A stretch of 39,466 nucleotides of DNA from Verrucomicrobiota bacterium (GCA_039815375.1 JBCBZJ010000027.1:1-39466); one strand, 5' to 3'. Counted from the stretch's first letter, positions 10,957 to 21,703 are shown. The notes: a model not told the origin generated them from the sequence alone. A program made the numbers and translations.

Positions 10957-11682
10957 ATGGGCTTATCCGAAACCTTCTACAAAACCTCAATAGCACTTCA
11001 GGAAAGTGTTCGAACTGCAAATCAAGCAACTTTGCAAGCCGCCGGCGAACGGATCGCCGAATCTATCGCAGATGGGGGTGTGCTCCACACTTTCGGAAGT
11101 GGGCATTCGCAAATTCTTGCCGCCGAAATCGAACGCCGTGCCGGCGGCCTCGTTCCCGTCAGCAGCATCAACGATCCGGCAGACGGCTGGCCCGAGCAAA
11201 TCGCCGGTTACGGTGCCCGCCTCTTTCAACGCTATGCTTATCAATACGCCGTCCAACCGGGCGACGTCGTGCTCGTCATCTCTAATTCCGGCCGCAATGC
11301 CAGCCCGATTGAAGTCGCGATGGAGGCCAAGGCTACTGGGCTAGATGTCGTCATCATGACATCGCTCGAGATGTCCAAGGCCACCACCTCCCGCCACCCT
11401 TCCGGCAAAAAGCTCTATGAGCTCGGCGACTTCGTGCTCGACAATGGTGGCGTGCCGGGAGACGCCGCCATCGATGCCCCCGGCTTCACCTACAAAGTCG
11501 GCCCCACCTCGACCATGAGCGGCGCCCTCCTCCTCAATCTCCTTTCCATGGAGATCATCGAAAAGCTCATCGCCATGGGCGTCACACCGCCAACCTACGT
11601 CAGCCAAAACGCCGACGGCGGTGCTGCCCACAACGAGGCACTGGCCCAGAAATACCGCCACCGGATCCGGCGTCCAATCTGA
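10957..11682 (+). CDS. SIS-domain (sugar isomerase-like, UPF0309-type) protein
   Basis: [41 protein letters not shown] motifs. Confidence 0.88.
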   Translation: MGLSETFYKTSIALQESVRTANQATLQAAGERIAESIADGGVLHTFGSGHSQILAAEIERRAGGLVPVSSINDPADGWPEQIAGYGARLFQRYAYQYAVQPGDVVLVISNSGRNASPIEVAMEAKATGLDVVIMTSLEMSKATTSRHPSGKKLYELGDFVLDNGGVPGDAAIDAPGFTYKVGPTSTMSGALLLNLLSMEIIEKLIAMGVTPPTYVSQNADGGAAHNEALAQKYRHRIRRPI

Positions 11683-11743
11683 GGAATAAACCAATGCCCC
11701 CTCGACTCCGGTAAGGAATTCCACACTAAATCGTTATTCAAAT

Positions 11744-12151
11744 ATGAATTCACATCAAAAAGATCTCGGCATCCTCATCCTACGCGTCGGCATCGGCGTG
11801 ATGTTCATTTTCCACGCCATCCCCAAGCTAATGGGCGGCCCTGCAGGCTGGGAGGGACTTGCCCGTTTCGGCCTACCTTTCTTACCGGAAGGCTTTATCG
11901 CCATCGCATTTGGTTTCGCTGCGATGGCAACCGAACTCGCAGGCGGCCTTTTGCTCGCGCTGGGTAAGTTTCACCGAATCACGTGTGCCGCTCTTGCAGG
12001 TGTCATGCTAGTCGCAGCAACTACTAAAATCAGCAGCGTAACCGGAATTAAAGACTTTGCCCAAAACATGGGCTGGCCGCTCGAGCTGATGATCGTCTTT
12101 GTCGCGCTGTTTTTCATGGGGCCGGGTAGATTCGTTGTCGGGAAAAAGTAA
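11744..12151 (+). CDS. DoxX family membrane protein
   Basis: LILRVGIGVMFIFHAIPKL, ELAGGLLL, GPGRF; four TM helices. Confidence 0.88.
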   Translation: MNSHQKDLGILILRVGIGVMFIFHAIPKLMGGPAGWEGLARFGLPFLPEGFIAIAFGFAAMATELAGGLLLALGKFHRITCAALAGVMLVAATTKISSVTGIKDFAQNMGWPLELMIVFVALFFMGPGRFVVGKK

Positions 12152-12152
12152 T

Positions 12153-14738
12153 CTACCGCGCGATCAACTGCAGTTGGCTCATCGGCAACCAGCACTGCCG
12201 GCTATCGGCAATCTCGATGAGCCCCCAATCGTTGCGCTGTTCAACAAGCGTGAATTCAAGACCATCATGTAGCGGTTCATTGAAGGCGTTTGCGTAGGCG
12301 TAGCCCGGGCCTTTCTTTCCGTAGACGGCGTCAACGACAACCGCACCTTGGAACTCCGCTGAAAGACTTTTTTGTATCAAAAAAACGGATACGAAGAACA
12401 ACAAAGCCCCACTGAGAACCGAAGCGAAATACCAGACACGCTGACGGTAGCGAAAGGCCAGCAACAAGAGCGCCCAGAAGCTAAGATTGAGCAATATCAC
12501 AGCCACCTTGAGCCATCTGGTCGGCAACTTTTGCCACCAGCTCTGCTCACTCGGCACATCGTTGAGCGTCATTGCACGGACAGCGGCGAGGTTATCCGCA
12601 ATGCGTGTATCAAAGGGCATGTAATCAAGCGCATTCCGATAGGCGAGGATGGCCCGGCCAATATAGCCTGACTGAAACCAGGCATTGCCTGCATTATACC
12701 AGGCTTCGCCGGGATGCGTGTGCGCAATAGCAGCTGCTTCTGCCTTTAAGGCCGCATCCTTGTAAAGCGATTTGGCAACTGCACTGCCTGCCTCAGCAGC
12801 TTGAGCCCTTTGAAAGAGTTGCTCAGCCTCAGACCACTCTCCAGCGCGAGCACCTTGCGGAAGAAGTAATCCAATAAAGAGAAAGCTGAGCAATGCCTTG
12901 GCCGCGAGTTGCCTGATTCGCTTGGCAAGTCCATCGAGATCACTGAACTGAGCTTTCGAGCCATTTTGACCGAACTCTTCAGCGTCTGCGGCCTGATGCA
13001 TCGCCAGCAGGGATTTGAGATCATCTTCACTGGCTCCGATACGGTGTAGACTGTTTTCAGAGTCTCTGGACGTCCATGCTTTTTCACCCACCTCAAAGAT
13101 CATTGCCATGAGACGAAGAAAGGCTGCCCACTTCTCCCTTGAACCGGGAGATAATTTCTTAAACTGGTTATACGCCTGCATACGACGACGGTAGCCTAAA
13201 TCCAGGGCACGGCGGCAGCGATCACGGACCAAAGGAAGCAGGAGGATGAATGCAACAGGTCCGAGCATGAGTAGCGGCCAAAACCCGAGGCTAACAAACC
13301 TGTAGAGCATGTTGAGTAGATCGTTCATAGAATTGGTCTCCATGTTATGCCAAATGCCTTCGGACTGATCCGACAAGACAACTGCAGCGCCTTCGAAGGA
13401 TGCGAGCGAAATAAACTCCTGTCCATTACTGGCCTCAACCTGAAGCGGTATGGCTTCGGTAGCCAGCATTTCATAAGCGCCGATTTCTGGATCGAAGACA
13501 TTCAGTTGAAGCGATGGCAAGGCTCGAACGGAAGTGCTCAAAACACGAAGTCGGGTCAGGAAGGTCGTTCCATTTTCGTGCCAGAGCTGCCGGTAGTTAT
13601 CGTCAACCAGGAAACGCTCCCGAAGTCCTGGCTGTTGGCTGAGCGTCGGCAGATCCAACATCCCATGCGGGGCGTCCGAATTTAACTTAATTTCCAGCTC
13701 TACCAGCTCACCAATCTCGACTTCGGTTGGTCTAAGGGCAACCTCGACCTGAAGCGGCTTGAAGAGTCCACTGAATGCAGCACCCTCGCCTTCGGGCAAA
13801 GGCAGCACTTCGATTTCAATCGGAGCCTCTGTGGTATAGAATCGTTCGAAATACTCCGTGGTCTCGGCCGCCTCAAAGAGGCTGTTGTTAAAGTGAGCAG
13901 CATAACGTCCGAAGTCGCTCTTCGCATTCTTGATCAGAGCACATTCCAAGCGCGTCTCGGGCAGTATGACAGGGCCCGGCTCCGAGAACCTCAGATAGAA
14001 CGACAAGGTAATCCGGCCAAGTGCCTTGGCGTTGTCAGGATTCTTGTTGCGCCGAGCAATGACACGACGTCCGCCGATCGGCATACCCATCTGGAGCTCC
14101 TCCGGATCGGTGCTGCGCGGGACAACTACTTCGATATCCGAGTCCTGAAAAAAGCTTGGGTAGAACTGAAGGGCTTTGAGTGCACCGGCACTCAGGTCGC
14201 AGTTCCATGTCAAATCGAAGCGAACAGGTTCACCGACATACACCTCCTTTCTGGAGGGAAGCAACTCCAGCGACATCGCGGGCGAGCGTGTGAGTTTACT
14301 AACAATCACCTGCTCCGGCTCAGTTCGATATTCTACGGTCTCGGAACGGAATTCGAGAACCGGCAGAGTCACGATTCCGGTCTTCTTCGGCAGGAAACTC
14401 AAGGCTGCGAACGACTTGTGTTTATCGCTATCTGGAGTTTCCACCACATTGATCTCGATCACACTGCAGCTGTCCGATTCACGCGTCCAATAATCCGGAG
14501 CCTCGACCATAGTATCGAAATAAATAAAAGCACCTGCAATTCGATCTGTGAAGAAGGTCTTGTCCTGGATCGTCAGACCAACCGTCTTTTGAAGGAGTTG
14601 CGCCTCCGCTGCGATGGACGGAGCATCGGCAGTGTCGGGCGTTTGGTCTTGAGCAACCAGACTAAGCCAGCCGCATAAAGCAGCAAGGGACAGTCGCCAC
14701 GATCGCGGGAGAGAAACTCGTTTTTTCCAGTGCAGCAT
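12153..14738 (-). CDS. BatD-like protein fused to a BatE-like TPR/SH3-like module
   Basis: Signal peptide, beta-rich repeats (EVYVGEPV, VEIGELV), TM helix, TPR (WYNAGNAWFQSGYIGRAILAYRNA...DNL), two TMs, SH3-like end (LHDGLEFTLVEQRNDW...CWLP). ATG 14738 lies just after the upstream stop. Confidence 0.75.
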   Translation of the reverse strand: MLHWKKRVSLPRSWRLSLAALCGWLSLVAQDQTPDTADAPSIAAEAQLLQKTVGLTIQDKTFFTDRIAGAFIYFDTMVEAPDYWTRESDSCSVIEINVVETPDSDKHKSFAALSFLPKKTGIVTLPVLEFRSETVEYRTEPEQVIVSKLTRSPAMSLELLPSRKEVYVGEPVRFDLTWNCDLSAGALKALQFYPSFFQDSDIEVVVPRSTDPEELQMGMPIGGRRVIARRNKNPDNAKALGRITLSFYLRFSEPGPVILPETRLECALIKNAKSDFGRYAAHFNNSLFEAAETTEYFERFYTTEAPIEIEVLPLPEGEGAAFSGLFKPLQVEVALRPTEVEIGELVELEIKLNSDAPHGMLDLPTLSQQPGLRERFLVDDNYRQLWHENGTTFLTRLRVLSTSVRALPSLQLNVFDPEIGAYEMLATEAIPLQVEASNGQEFISLASFEGAAVVLSDQSEGIWHNMETNSMNDLLNMLYRFVSLGFWPLLMLGPVAFILLLPLVRDRCRRALDLGYRRRMQAYNQFKKLSPGSREKWAAFLRLMAMIFEVGEKAWTSRDSENSLHRIGASEDDLKSLLAMHQAADAEEFGQNGSKAQFSDLDGLAKRIRQLAAKALLSFLFIGLLLPQGARAGEWSEAEQLFQRAQAAEAGSAVAKSLYKDAALKAEAAAIAHTHPGEAWYNAGNAWFQSGYIGRAILAYRNALDYMPFDTRIADNLAAVRAMTLNDVPSEQSWWQKLPTRWLKVAVILLNLSFWALLLLAFRYRQRVWYFASVLSGALLFFVSVFLIQKSLSAEFQGAVVVDAVYGKKGPGYAYANAFNEPLHDGLEFTLVEQRNDWGLIEIADSRQCWLPMSQLQLIAR

Positions 14739-14739
14739 C

Positions 14740-16863
14740 CTAATAGTCTTTCTCCACTTTTCCGGCATTTGCACTGGCACGTTTTTGCTGCCGGAATTGC
14801 AAGTTTCCTTGTTCTTCCAAGAGAATATCATCGACTGAATAGTTGGGCACCGGGAGCTCCTGCATCTCGACTCCTGCGGCGAGGTCGCCTTCGATTGAAT
14901 CGGAACTCATGCTTTCCTCGGAGTCTTCCAGATAATCGGATTCGTAATCTTCTTCGTAATCCTCATAGTCTTCATCAGCCTCGGATTCTTGATCGGAGCT
15001 ACCGGCGAGTAGCTCAAGTATGGCCTCGATCAACCGCTCAACAAGCTGCTGCTCAACACGTGCCGTGGGCCAGCTACCCCAGCCGACCGCAAAGAGTTCC
15101 TCGGCTTTGAGCTGAGCTTCAAGCGCACGGTCCATGAACTCGAGCGGTTCTTCCATAAGGGTATCCATTTCAGGGAGATCGGGGTCCAGCTGCATCGCCA
15201 TTTTTTCATTGATGGCTTGCATCATGGTTTTCACCCCCATGGCTTCGGTGTGCAGTTCGGCCTGTTCTTGAGCAAAGAGCCTCGAGCTCTGCGATGCATC
15301 AGCAGGGGGCACCACGGGAGGAGGTGGTGGCGCGTTCTTTCTGCGCCGGACTACACGATCCACGTCCTTCGTATTTGTGCTATCACGCAATTGTTTTTGA
15401 GCCTGAAGAAGTGCCTGAAGACGTTCGACAAGCGCCTCCATCTCCGCGTTAAGTTCATCCTGCACTTGGCGATCCGCGTCAATCGCACTTTGCAGTTCAA
15501 CCATGTAGCCAGCAGTCGATTCGAGACGTATGCCTGCGCGCTGCATCTTTGGCGTATAGCGCTTCGCAGTGAGAAACGCCAGCTGAGCATTCTCAGCGTA
15601 GGTCAATGCAATTCCCGGGTTCTCACCTTCCTGAGCCTTTGCCAACTCAAGCAAACAAAGACCGCGGTTAAACTGAACTACTGCAAGATCACTCGCATTG
15701 GCTGAGCTATCACTGGCATAAGCATACAATGCAGAGAACCCATTCTCGGCACCTTCAAAGTCTCCTTCGGCAAACAAACCGGCCACATTGGCAAATTCGG
15801 ATCTGAAGGACTCGTCTGCTGCGTCGAGCACCTGAGAGTCAACCAGCAAAACGAGACAACACACCGCCGAGCCTATTTGTAATCCACGGACTCCCCAGCA
15901 CTCCGCGAGGATTAAAAGGATCATCGCCGGCCAAAGAAAGAAGAAGACCGCTTCCTGATAGACTACGATGCCGGATTTACTATCCGTCGAATCGGTAGTC
16001 TTGCCTGCAGCATAGTCACTGTAGAGCTGTCCCAGATTAAAGGGCCTGACACCTGCGGCAACATAATCGGCAAACGGTGTTTCAGAGGCGAACGCACGTA
16101 ATGCACCATCGTCCAGCTTTGTATAAACAACCTGACCGTCGTCTTGCAGAAACTGAATATTCCCCTCTTCGCTTTTGATCGGTATGGGCGAACCTTGATT
16201 GGGATCTCCGATGCCAACAGCCAGAACATCGACCGACTTCTGCCGCAACAGTTCGATCACTCTAGCCATCTTCGAACCATGATCCCCTCCGTCCGTCAGA
16301 ACGACAAGATCCTGCACGCCGCCGCGACCATCCATGAAAACTTGGTCGACAGCCTTTTCCACCGCCGACTGCAAGGCCGTGCCCCCGAAGTCGACACTGC
16401 GCGGATTGGCCTGCTCAAGCATGAATCGAACAAAGTCGTAATCATAGGTGAGTGGACAGAGAATCGAGGCACTCCCCGCATACACCACCAGCCCAACACG
16501 TTCGTTTACGAAACTTTTCAGCGCATCACGAATCCCCTGCTTGGCCACTTCGAGTCGCGATGGTGCCGCATCTTCTGCCAACATACTTTGAGAAACATCC
16601 AGAGCAAAGATCACGTCGCGTCCGACCCGTGAAGACGACTCCATCCGAGGCGCATAACCCGGCCTTGCCAGCGCCAGCACCAACAAGATGAAAGCCGAAA
16701 AACGCAAGACATCGCGCAAAAGGCGGTGCGTGTTCAGTCCCCCACCCATCACACGAATCAAAGCAGCCCGCCGGCGGCGCGCATACACCAGCACCAGCCA
16801 GAGTGGAATGGCAAGTAGTAGAAGCGCCAGCAATGCAGGCCATTGAAAAACAAATCCACTCAT
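14740..16863 (-). CDS. BatB-like VWA protein with a long TPR-like/coiled-coil and acidic C-terminal extension
   Basis: MIDAS DVSQSM, PSRLEVAK, PLTYD, LTDGGDH. ATG 16863 overlaps the upstream stop (ATGA). C-terminal ...VEKDY. Confidence 0.8.
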   Translation of the reverse strand: MSGFVFQWPALLALLLLAIPLWLVLVYARRRRAALIRVMGGGLNTHRLLRDVLRFSAFILLVLALARPGYAPRMESSSRVGRDVIFALDVSQSMLAEDAAPSRLEVAKQGIRDALKSFVNERVGLVVYAGSASILCPLTYDYDFVRFMLEQANPRSVDFGGTALQSAVEKAVDQVFMDGRGGVQDLVVLTDGGDHGSKMARVIELLRQKSVDVLAVGIGDPNQGSPIPIKSEEGNIQFLQDDGQVVYTKLDDGALRAFASETPFADYVAAGVRPFNLGQLYSDYAAGKTTDSTDSKSGIVVYQEAVFFFLWPAMILLILAECWGVRGLQIGSAVCCLVLLVDSQVLDAADESFRSEFANVAGLFAEGDFEGAENGFSALYAYASDSSANASDLAVVQFNRGLCLLELAKAQEGENPGIALTYAENAQLAFLTAKRYTPKMQRAGIRLESTAGYMVELQSAIDADRQVQDELNAEMEALVERLQALLQAQKQLRDSTNTKDVDRVVRRRKNAPPPPPVVPPADASQSSRLFAQEQAELHTEAMGVKTMMQAINEKMAMQLDPDLPEMDTLMEEPLEFMDRALEAQLKAEELFAVGWGSWPTARVEQQLVERLIEAILELLAGSSDQESEADEDYEDYEEDYESDYLEDSEESMSSDSIEGDLAAGVEMQELPVPNYSVDDILLEEQGNLQFRQQKRASANAGKVEKDY

Positions 16864-17888
16864 GGCACGACGCGCAACCAGGTTGACTCCAGGATTAATG
16901 CAAAGCAAAGCGCCGCCAAGCCACAGGCCAATGGCAACCAAAACCATTCTGCCACACGGTCAAAGCTGCGGGACGAAATCTCGGAACGCTCCAAAAGGTC
17001 GATCTCCGAATAAAAAGAAACCAGTGATTCAAAGTCGTGCGCCTGGCGGAAGTGCCCGCCGGTCTCCTTGGCAATATGTTCTAAAACACGCTCGGCTGAC
17101 GAAAGGGGCGGAGCATTTTCATCACCGATAATTCCGTCCGTGCCCGAATCACCCAGACTTACAACATAGACACGACAGCCCCAGGCCTTGGCCAATCCGG
17201 CTGCTTCCAGTGGCAGGTGTGAGCCGGAATTATTCTCACCATCCGTTAGTAGAATAATCAATTTACTGCGGATAGAATCCATATCGAAGCTGCGGCTTCC
17301 GTGCTTCAGTTCTTCAAGATTCTGCAAGCGCGCAGCAGCAATCGCTAAAGCATCTCCGTAGGCAGTTCCATCTTCATTGGGGCGCTCCTGAATCTCCAGA
17401 TTACGAACGATTTGTAACAAAGCCTCATGGCCGAAGGTTAACGGGCTTCGTGTATCCGCATAGCGGGCAAAAGTAATCAGACCGATCAAGTCATTCGGGC
17501 GACCTTCGAGCGCCTCACCATCACCGGCGATGAAACGCTCAACCATATCTTTAGCCACTTCCATCCGGCTGGTGCTTTTTCCGTTTAAGTCTGTCACGCC
17601 CATGTCCATGCTACTGGATACGTCGATCAGCATTTGAATCGCGATGCCCTCGGTCACTTCGGCGTCATAGGTTGTACCGGCCTGCGGACGGGCAACCGCA
17701 AGCAGAATCAGAACGACACAAGCCCTGCGCAATGTAATCGGAAGCCATAGCCAACGGGCCCTACCTGTTTCCCCCGTCTCCCACAACTTGATCGAAGGAA
17801 CGGTTACAGAAGTTCTCTCGCGCTGACGGGACAACAGCCACCAAACAAGGGGAAGGAGTGCAAGGACCCAAATGTTTGCGAAGCTCAC
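16860..17888 (-). CDS. batA: BatA-like VWA domain protein
   Basis: N-terminal TM, LAVARPQ, DVSSSM, PLTF, GTAYGDALAIA, LLTDGENNSG, C-terminal TM. Confidence 0.82.
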   Translation of the reverse strand: MSFANIWVLALLPLVWWLLSRQRERTSVTVPSIKLWETGETGRARWLWLPITLRRACVVLILLAVARPQAGTTYDAEVTEGIAIQMLIDVSSSMDMGVTDLNGKSTSRMEVAKDMVERFIAGDGEALEGRPNDLIGLITFARYADTRSPLTFGHEALLQIVRNLEIQERPNEDGTAYGDALAIAAARLQNLEELKHGSRSFDMDSIRSKLIILLTDGENNSGSHLPLEAAGLAKAWGCRVYVVSLGDSGTDGIIGDENAPPLSSAERVLEHIAKETGGHFRQAHDFESLVSFYSEIDLLERSEISSRSFDRVAEWFWLPLACGLAALCFALILESTWLRVVP

Positions 17889-18607
17889 TGGCTCGCCTCC
17901 TCTTCAAGCTGAATCACCAGAGCACTGGAATCACCGCCGTAAACGAAGCGTTCCATCGCACGATACAAATCTTCCGAGATCGAGGGCGATTCCTCGGCCA
18001 AGAGCTGTTCAACAAGATCAACCGAAAGATCTCCGGAAGCAAAGGCCGCTCTTAAATCGTCGAGGGTCGGAGCAGCGCTTTCGTCGGCAATGGGTTCGGG
18101 CTTATTTGAAACGAAATAGATAGTGGCAATCGTAAGTCCCGAAACTGCTAAAAGTGCGATCCACCAGACTGCAGAACCTTCCTCTTGCGCCGGATCCTCC
18201 TCGGTTAGGAGTTCCAGTTCGAATCTCTCCTCGATGGAGCCATAAGGTATCACTTCTAGCCTCTGGACGGGAAGTTTTACTTCGCTGATGGTCTCTCCGG
18301 CCTGAATGATCGCAACAACGCCTGCGAGTTCAATCAGAGCGACTTTTTTCGCCTGCAAGACCCAGATATCTTTCTGACGATAAATACCATCCGCATAAAG
18401 GACGGGTTGCCGCTGGTGCGCGACCAAATGTAAGGCCTCGTGTTGAGGCAGCTTCAATTCAAACGTGCGCAATTCTTCAAAAGCGGATTCAGCATACAGT
18501 TCGACAACATCGCCAGGTTGACACTGTGCCCGGGAAAGAGATAGCTGAATGCTGGCATCGACGGAAAACGGCCAAAGAAGCATGATGAGAAAGCAATGCC
18601 GCATCAT
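17885..18607 (-). CDS. Bat-cluster membrane-anchored hypothetical protein
   Basis: Signal peptide plus one TM; translationally coupled to DUF58 (TGATG) and to batA. Confidence 0.7.
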   Translation of the reverse strand: MMRHCFLIMLLWPFSVDASIQLSLSRAQCQPGDVVELYAESAFEELRTFELKLPQHEALHLVAHQRQPVLYADGIYRQKDIWVLQAKKVALIELAGVVAIIQAGETISEVKLPVQRLEVIPYGSIEERFELELLTEEDPAQEEGSAVWWIALLAVSGLTIATIYFVSNKPEPIADESAAPTLDDLRAAFASGDLSVDLVEQLLAEESPSISEDLYRAMERFVYGGDSSALVIQLEEEASQ

Positions 18608-19473
18608 CAACCTCCAGTCTCGTCGATTTCCTCCCGCTGCCGAGCGTAAAAGAATCCGGCAAGCGCGTCTACACAGTCGCCGCCAACCGGCAGATTGAGT
18701 AAATGCACACCCGAATCGAGCATTTGCCTTTCCAGGCTTTTGAAATGCCCGGCATCATTTTCGCTGGCCTTCAAATCGACGACACGCTGCGTGCCAGTCT
18801 CGGAATCATCCATGCGAATCAAACCGGATACCCCGGATTCATAAACCTTTTGATCGGAAACATGGATCGCATTGATATCGTGTTTGAAGGCGAGTGCCTG
18901 GAGCTCCAGAGCGTAGTCCTCGGTCAAAAAGTCGGAGACAACAAAAGCGATCGAATGCTTGCGGGCCATATGGCCGAAGCGTCCGAGCATGGCAATAAAG
19001 TCGGTGCCTCGACCCAACGGTTCGAAATGCATCAACTCATCCATTATTCGCATGGCATGGCTTCGGCCTTTACCAGGGGGGATCACATGTTCGATACGAT
19101 CCGTAAAAAGGACCAGTCCGACACGGTCCTGATTCTTGATCGCCGCCATAGTGAGCAAAGCGCAGACTTCCGATACGGTTTGCCGCTTTCGCCCTTCTTG
19201 ATCGTAGAGCATCGAAGCTGATACATCAACCAAGAGATAGATGAACTGCTCACGCTCTTCGATATAACGCTTGATATGGGGATCACCGGTGCGGGCCGTC
19301 ACTTTCCAGTCCATCGATCGCACATCATCACCTGATTGATAGAGGCGCACATCCTCAAACTCCACACCGCGCCCGCGGAAAACCGAGCGATACTCACCTG
19401 CAAGCAAGTGCTCTACAGGCCTGCGGCACTTCATCTCAAGCAAATTGAGGCGACTTTCAATTTCGTCTAGCAT
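18607..19473 (-). CDS. DUF58 domain protein (MoxR-associated)
   Basis: GEYRSVFRGRGVEFEDVRLYQSGDDVRSMDWKVTAR, DVSASM, VSDF. Confidence 0.92.
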   Translation of the reverse strand: MLDEIESRLNLLEMKCRRPVEHLLAGEYRSVFRGRGVEFEDVRLYQSGDDVRSMDWKVTARTGDPHIKRYIEEREQFIYLLVDVSASMLYDQEGRKRQTVSEVCALLTMAAIKNQDRVGLVLFTDRIEHVIPPGKGRSHAMRIMDELMHFEPLGRGTDFIAMLGRFGHMARKHSIAFVVSDFLTEDYALELQALAFKHDINAIHVSDQKVYESGVSGLIRMDDSETGTQRVVDLKASENDAGHFKSLERQMLDSGVHLLNLPVGGDCVDALAGFFYARQREEIDETGG

Positions 19474-19564
19474 ACGCTAAATCGGATTTAATCGGGAAAG
19501 CAGGAATTCAGAAAGCAAAGGTATTTCTTCGTATCCAAACTGCCTCACGCCAAAATCATATTGC

Positions 19565-20536
19565 TCATTCAGTGACCGGAACCTGCTTAAGAATTTGTTC
19601 AAGCAAGTCATCGGAAGTTAGCGACTCAGCCTCGGCACGATAAGAGATGGCCATGCGATGGCGAAGCACGTCATGCGCAATATCCTTCACATCCTGGGGC
19701 GTCGTGTAGTCGCGACCCTGCATAAAGGCATGACCGCGCGCGGTTAGAGAGAGATAGATCGTCGCCCGCGGAGAGGCTCCGAACCGGAGGTAACGATTCA
19801 GGTCCAGTCCATAGTCGGCCGGATTACGCGTGGCACGGACCACTCGTAAGATATACTTCTCGACCTTCTCATCAATGAAGACTCGCTCCATCTGGGCGCG
19901 CATCGACATAAGCGCCTCTATCGTCAACACAGGCTCGATCTCAAGCTCAGGTTCGGCACGAGCCATACGTTGCATGACAATGTGCTCTTCCTCAATCGAC
20001 GGATAGCCTACTTTGAGCTTGAACATGAAACGGTCCACCTGGGCTTCGGGAAGCATGTAGGTACCCTCCTGCTCAATTGGATTCTGAGTTGCCAACACTA
20101 GAAATGGCTTCGGGAGCTGAAATGTCTCTTTACCGAGCGTGACTTGTTTCTCCTGCATAGCCTCAAGCAAAGCGCTCTGAACCTTTGCAGGCGCACGATT
20201 CACCTCGTCGGCCAGCAGAAGGTTGGCAAAGATCGGGCCTTTTTCCGGCGTGAAGCTGTGGTCGCGCGGATTGTAAACCAATGTACCGGTCAAATCTCCG
20301 GGCAACAAGTCGGGCGTAAACTGGATGCGGCTGAACTCTGCATGGATCGCTTTGGCCAGGCTGTTTACAGTCAGGGTTTTTGCTACACCAGGCACTCCTT
20401 CAAGCAGGACGTGACCATTGCACAGAAGCGCGAGTAATAATCGCTCAACAAGATCTTCCTGGCCAACAACGACCTGTCCGACACGCTCACGAATGACCTG
20501 CAAGGTTTCAGCAACTGGTGGAGTGGATGTATCCAT
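19565..20536 (-). CDS. moxR: MoxR family AAA+ ATPase
   Basis: GHVLLEGVPGVAKT, RIQFTPDLLPGD, LADEVNRAPAKVQSALLEAMQE, ATQNPIEQEGTY, DRF, GASPRA. Confidence 0.95.
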   Translation of the reverse strand: MDTSTPPVAETLQVIRERVGQVVVGQEDLVERLLLALLCNGHVLLEGVPGVAKTLTVNSLAKAIHAEFSRIQFTPDLLPGDLTGTLVYNPRDHSFTPEKGPIFANLLLADEVNRAPAKVQSALLEAMQEKQVTLGKETFQLPKPFLVLATQNPIEQEGTYMLPEAQVDRFMFKLKVGYPSIEEEHIVMQRMARAEPELEIEPVLTIEALMSMRAQMERVFIDEKVEKYILRVVRATRNPADYGLDLNRYLRFGASPRATIYLSLTARGHAFMQGRDYTTPQDVKDIAHDVLRHRMAISYRAEAESLTSDDLLEQILKQVPVTE

Positions 20537-20615
20537 GGAATATTTGGGATTTGAATATGTAAGGAATTAATAAGCGTGCACGGCGCTTCAACCGCCATGG
20601 CTAACGAAAGTATAC

Positions 20616-21011
20616 TCAACGCGACTGAAGGCGTATCTTATTGAGCTGGTTCGCCCGACAAATATCCATCACCTCGGTGACGTTTTTCAGAGGAACATCT
20701 TCATCTGCAATGAGCAGAATCGGCATGTCCGGAGTGAGTTCGCCGGCGAGCTCCATCGCAGCCTCAAGTTGCTTCCTGGCTAGCGGCTGGTCGTTCAGAT
20801 AAAGCTCTCCCTCGGGACTGACCGCGATCACAATTTGCTCGTCGATTTCGTTTTCACCCGCCGTCTCGATCTCCGGAACCGTTATGTTGAGAGCGCTCAC
20901 CTGTTTGAACTGCATTGTCACCAAAAAGAAGAAAAGCAACACCGTGAGGACATCGACCAAAGGAACGATATTGATCGTAGGTGTTCGGCGCCTGGGTAGA
21001 ACTAAAGACAT
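20616..21011 (-). CDS. exbD: Biopolymer transport protein ExbD/TolR
   Basis: INIVPLVDVLTVLLFFFLVT with the conserved TM Asp; ADEDVP periplasmic motif. Confidence 0.9.
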   Translation of the reverse strand: MSLVLPRRRTPTINIVPLVDVLTVLLFFFLVTMQFKQVSALNITVPEIETAGENEIDEQIVIAVSPEGELYLNDQPLARKQLEAAMELAGELTPDMPILLIADEDVPLKNVTEVMDICRANQLNKIRLQSR

Positions 21012-21032
21012 TAGACTTAGGGAGGCCTGCCC

Positions 21033-21641
21033 TCAGGCCTTCGGTTGTCTCACGGTTTGTGCGGTGGCTTGGGGGCGAGCTTCGTTGCATTGTTCCATTA
21101 GACACTCGACCCCTACCCCGATTCGCGCCGCCAATGACTCAACCCGCCGAAACAAATAGGAGTGCGCAGCGAGTGCCGGGATCGCTATCGCCAGCCCCAG
21201 AATAGTTGTATTCAATGCTAGCGCGATGCCCCGGATAAACGCTTCAGGCTCGGGAAGACCTGTCTCGGCAGAGAACCCTCCAAAGACCTGGGTCAGACCC
21301 GTAACGGTGCCGAGCAGACCAAGTAGAGGCGCAGCACCGATCACAACCTCAAGAAGAAAGAGCCCGCGTTCCATACGGCTGACTTCAAGCCGTGCGAAGG
21401 CTTTAAGCGCCTCAGCGTCAGGCTTTCGATCGCGGTGGAATCCAACAATACGGCCGACGACGGAGCGTTGCTCGGGAACAATCTGATCAATCTGCCCGGA
21501 AATAAACGCATCGACTGCGGCGCGTGGAATGATTTGCGAATTGCGCAAAGCAATCAGCCTTTCCACTGCCACAAAAACTGCGACAAAAGAGCATGCCGCG
21601 AGCGGATAGAGAAAAATTCCTGTGTTTGCGAATACATCCAT
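21033..21641 (-). CDS. exbB: MotA/TolQ/ExbB proton channel protein
   Basis: APLLGLLGTVTG, GIALALNTTILGLAIAIP. Confidence 0.9.
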   Translation of the reverse strand: MDVFANTGIFLYPLAACSFVAVFVAVERLIALRNSQIIPRAAVDAFISGQIDQIVPEQRSVVGRIVGFHRDRKPDAEALKAFARLEVSRMERGLFLLEVVIGAAPLLGLLGTVTGLTQVFGGFSAETGLPEPEAFIRGIALALNTTILGLAIAIPALAAHSYLFRRVESLAARIGVGVECLMEQCNEARPQATAQTVRQPKA

Positions 21642-21703
21642 GAGGATTGATAGGAGTTAACAGTTAAACCTTATACCGACAACTTTCTTACCCAAAGACA
21701 AGA

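Noticed and set aside
19474..19564. Purine-rich short repeats (GGGAAAGCAGGAATTCAGAAAGC) between moxR and DUF58
   Set aside because: Too short and degenerate to call an element.
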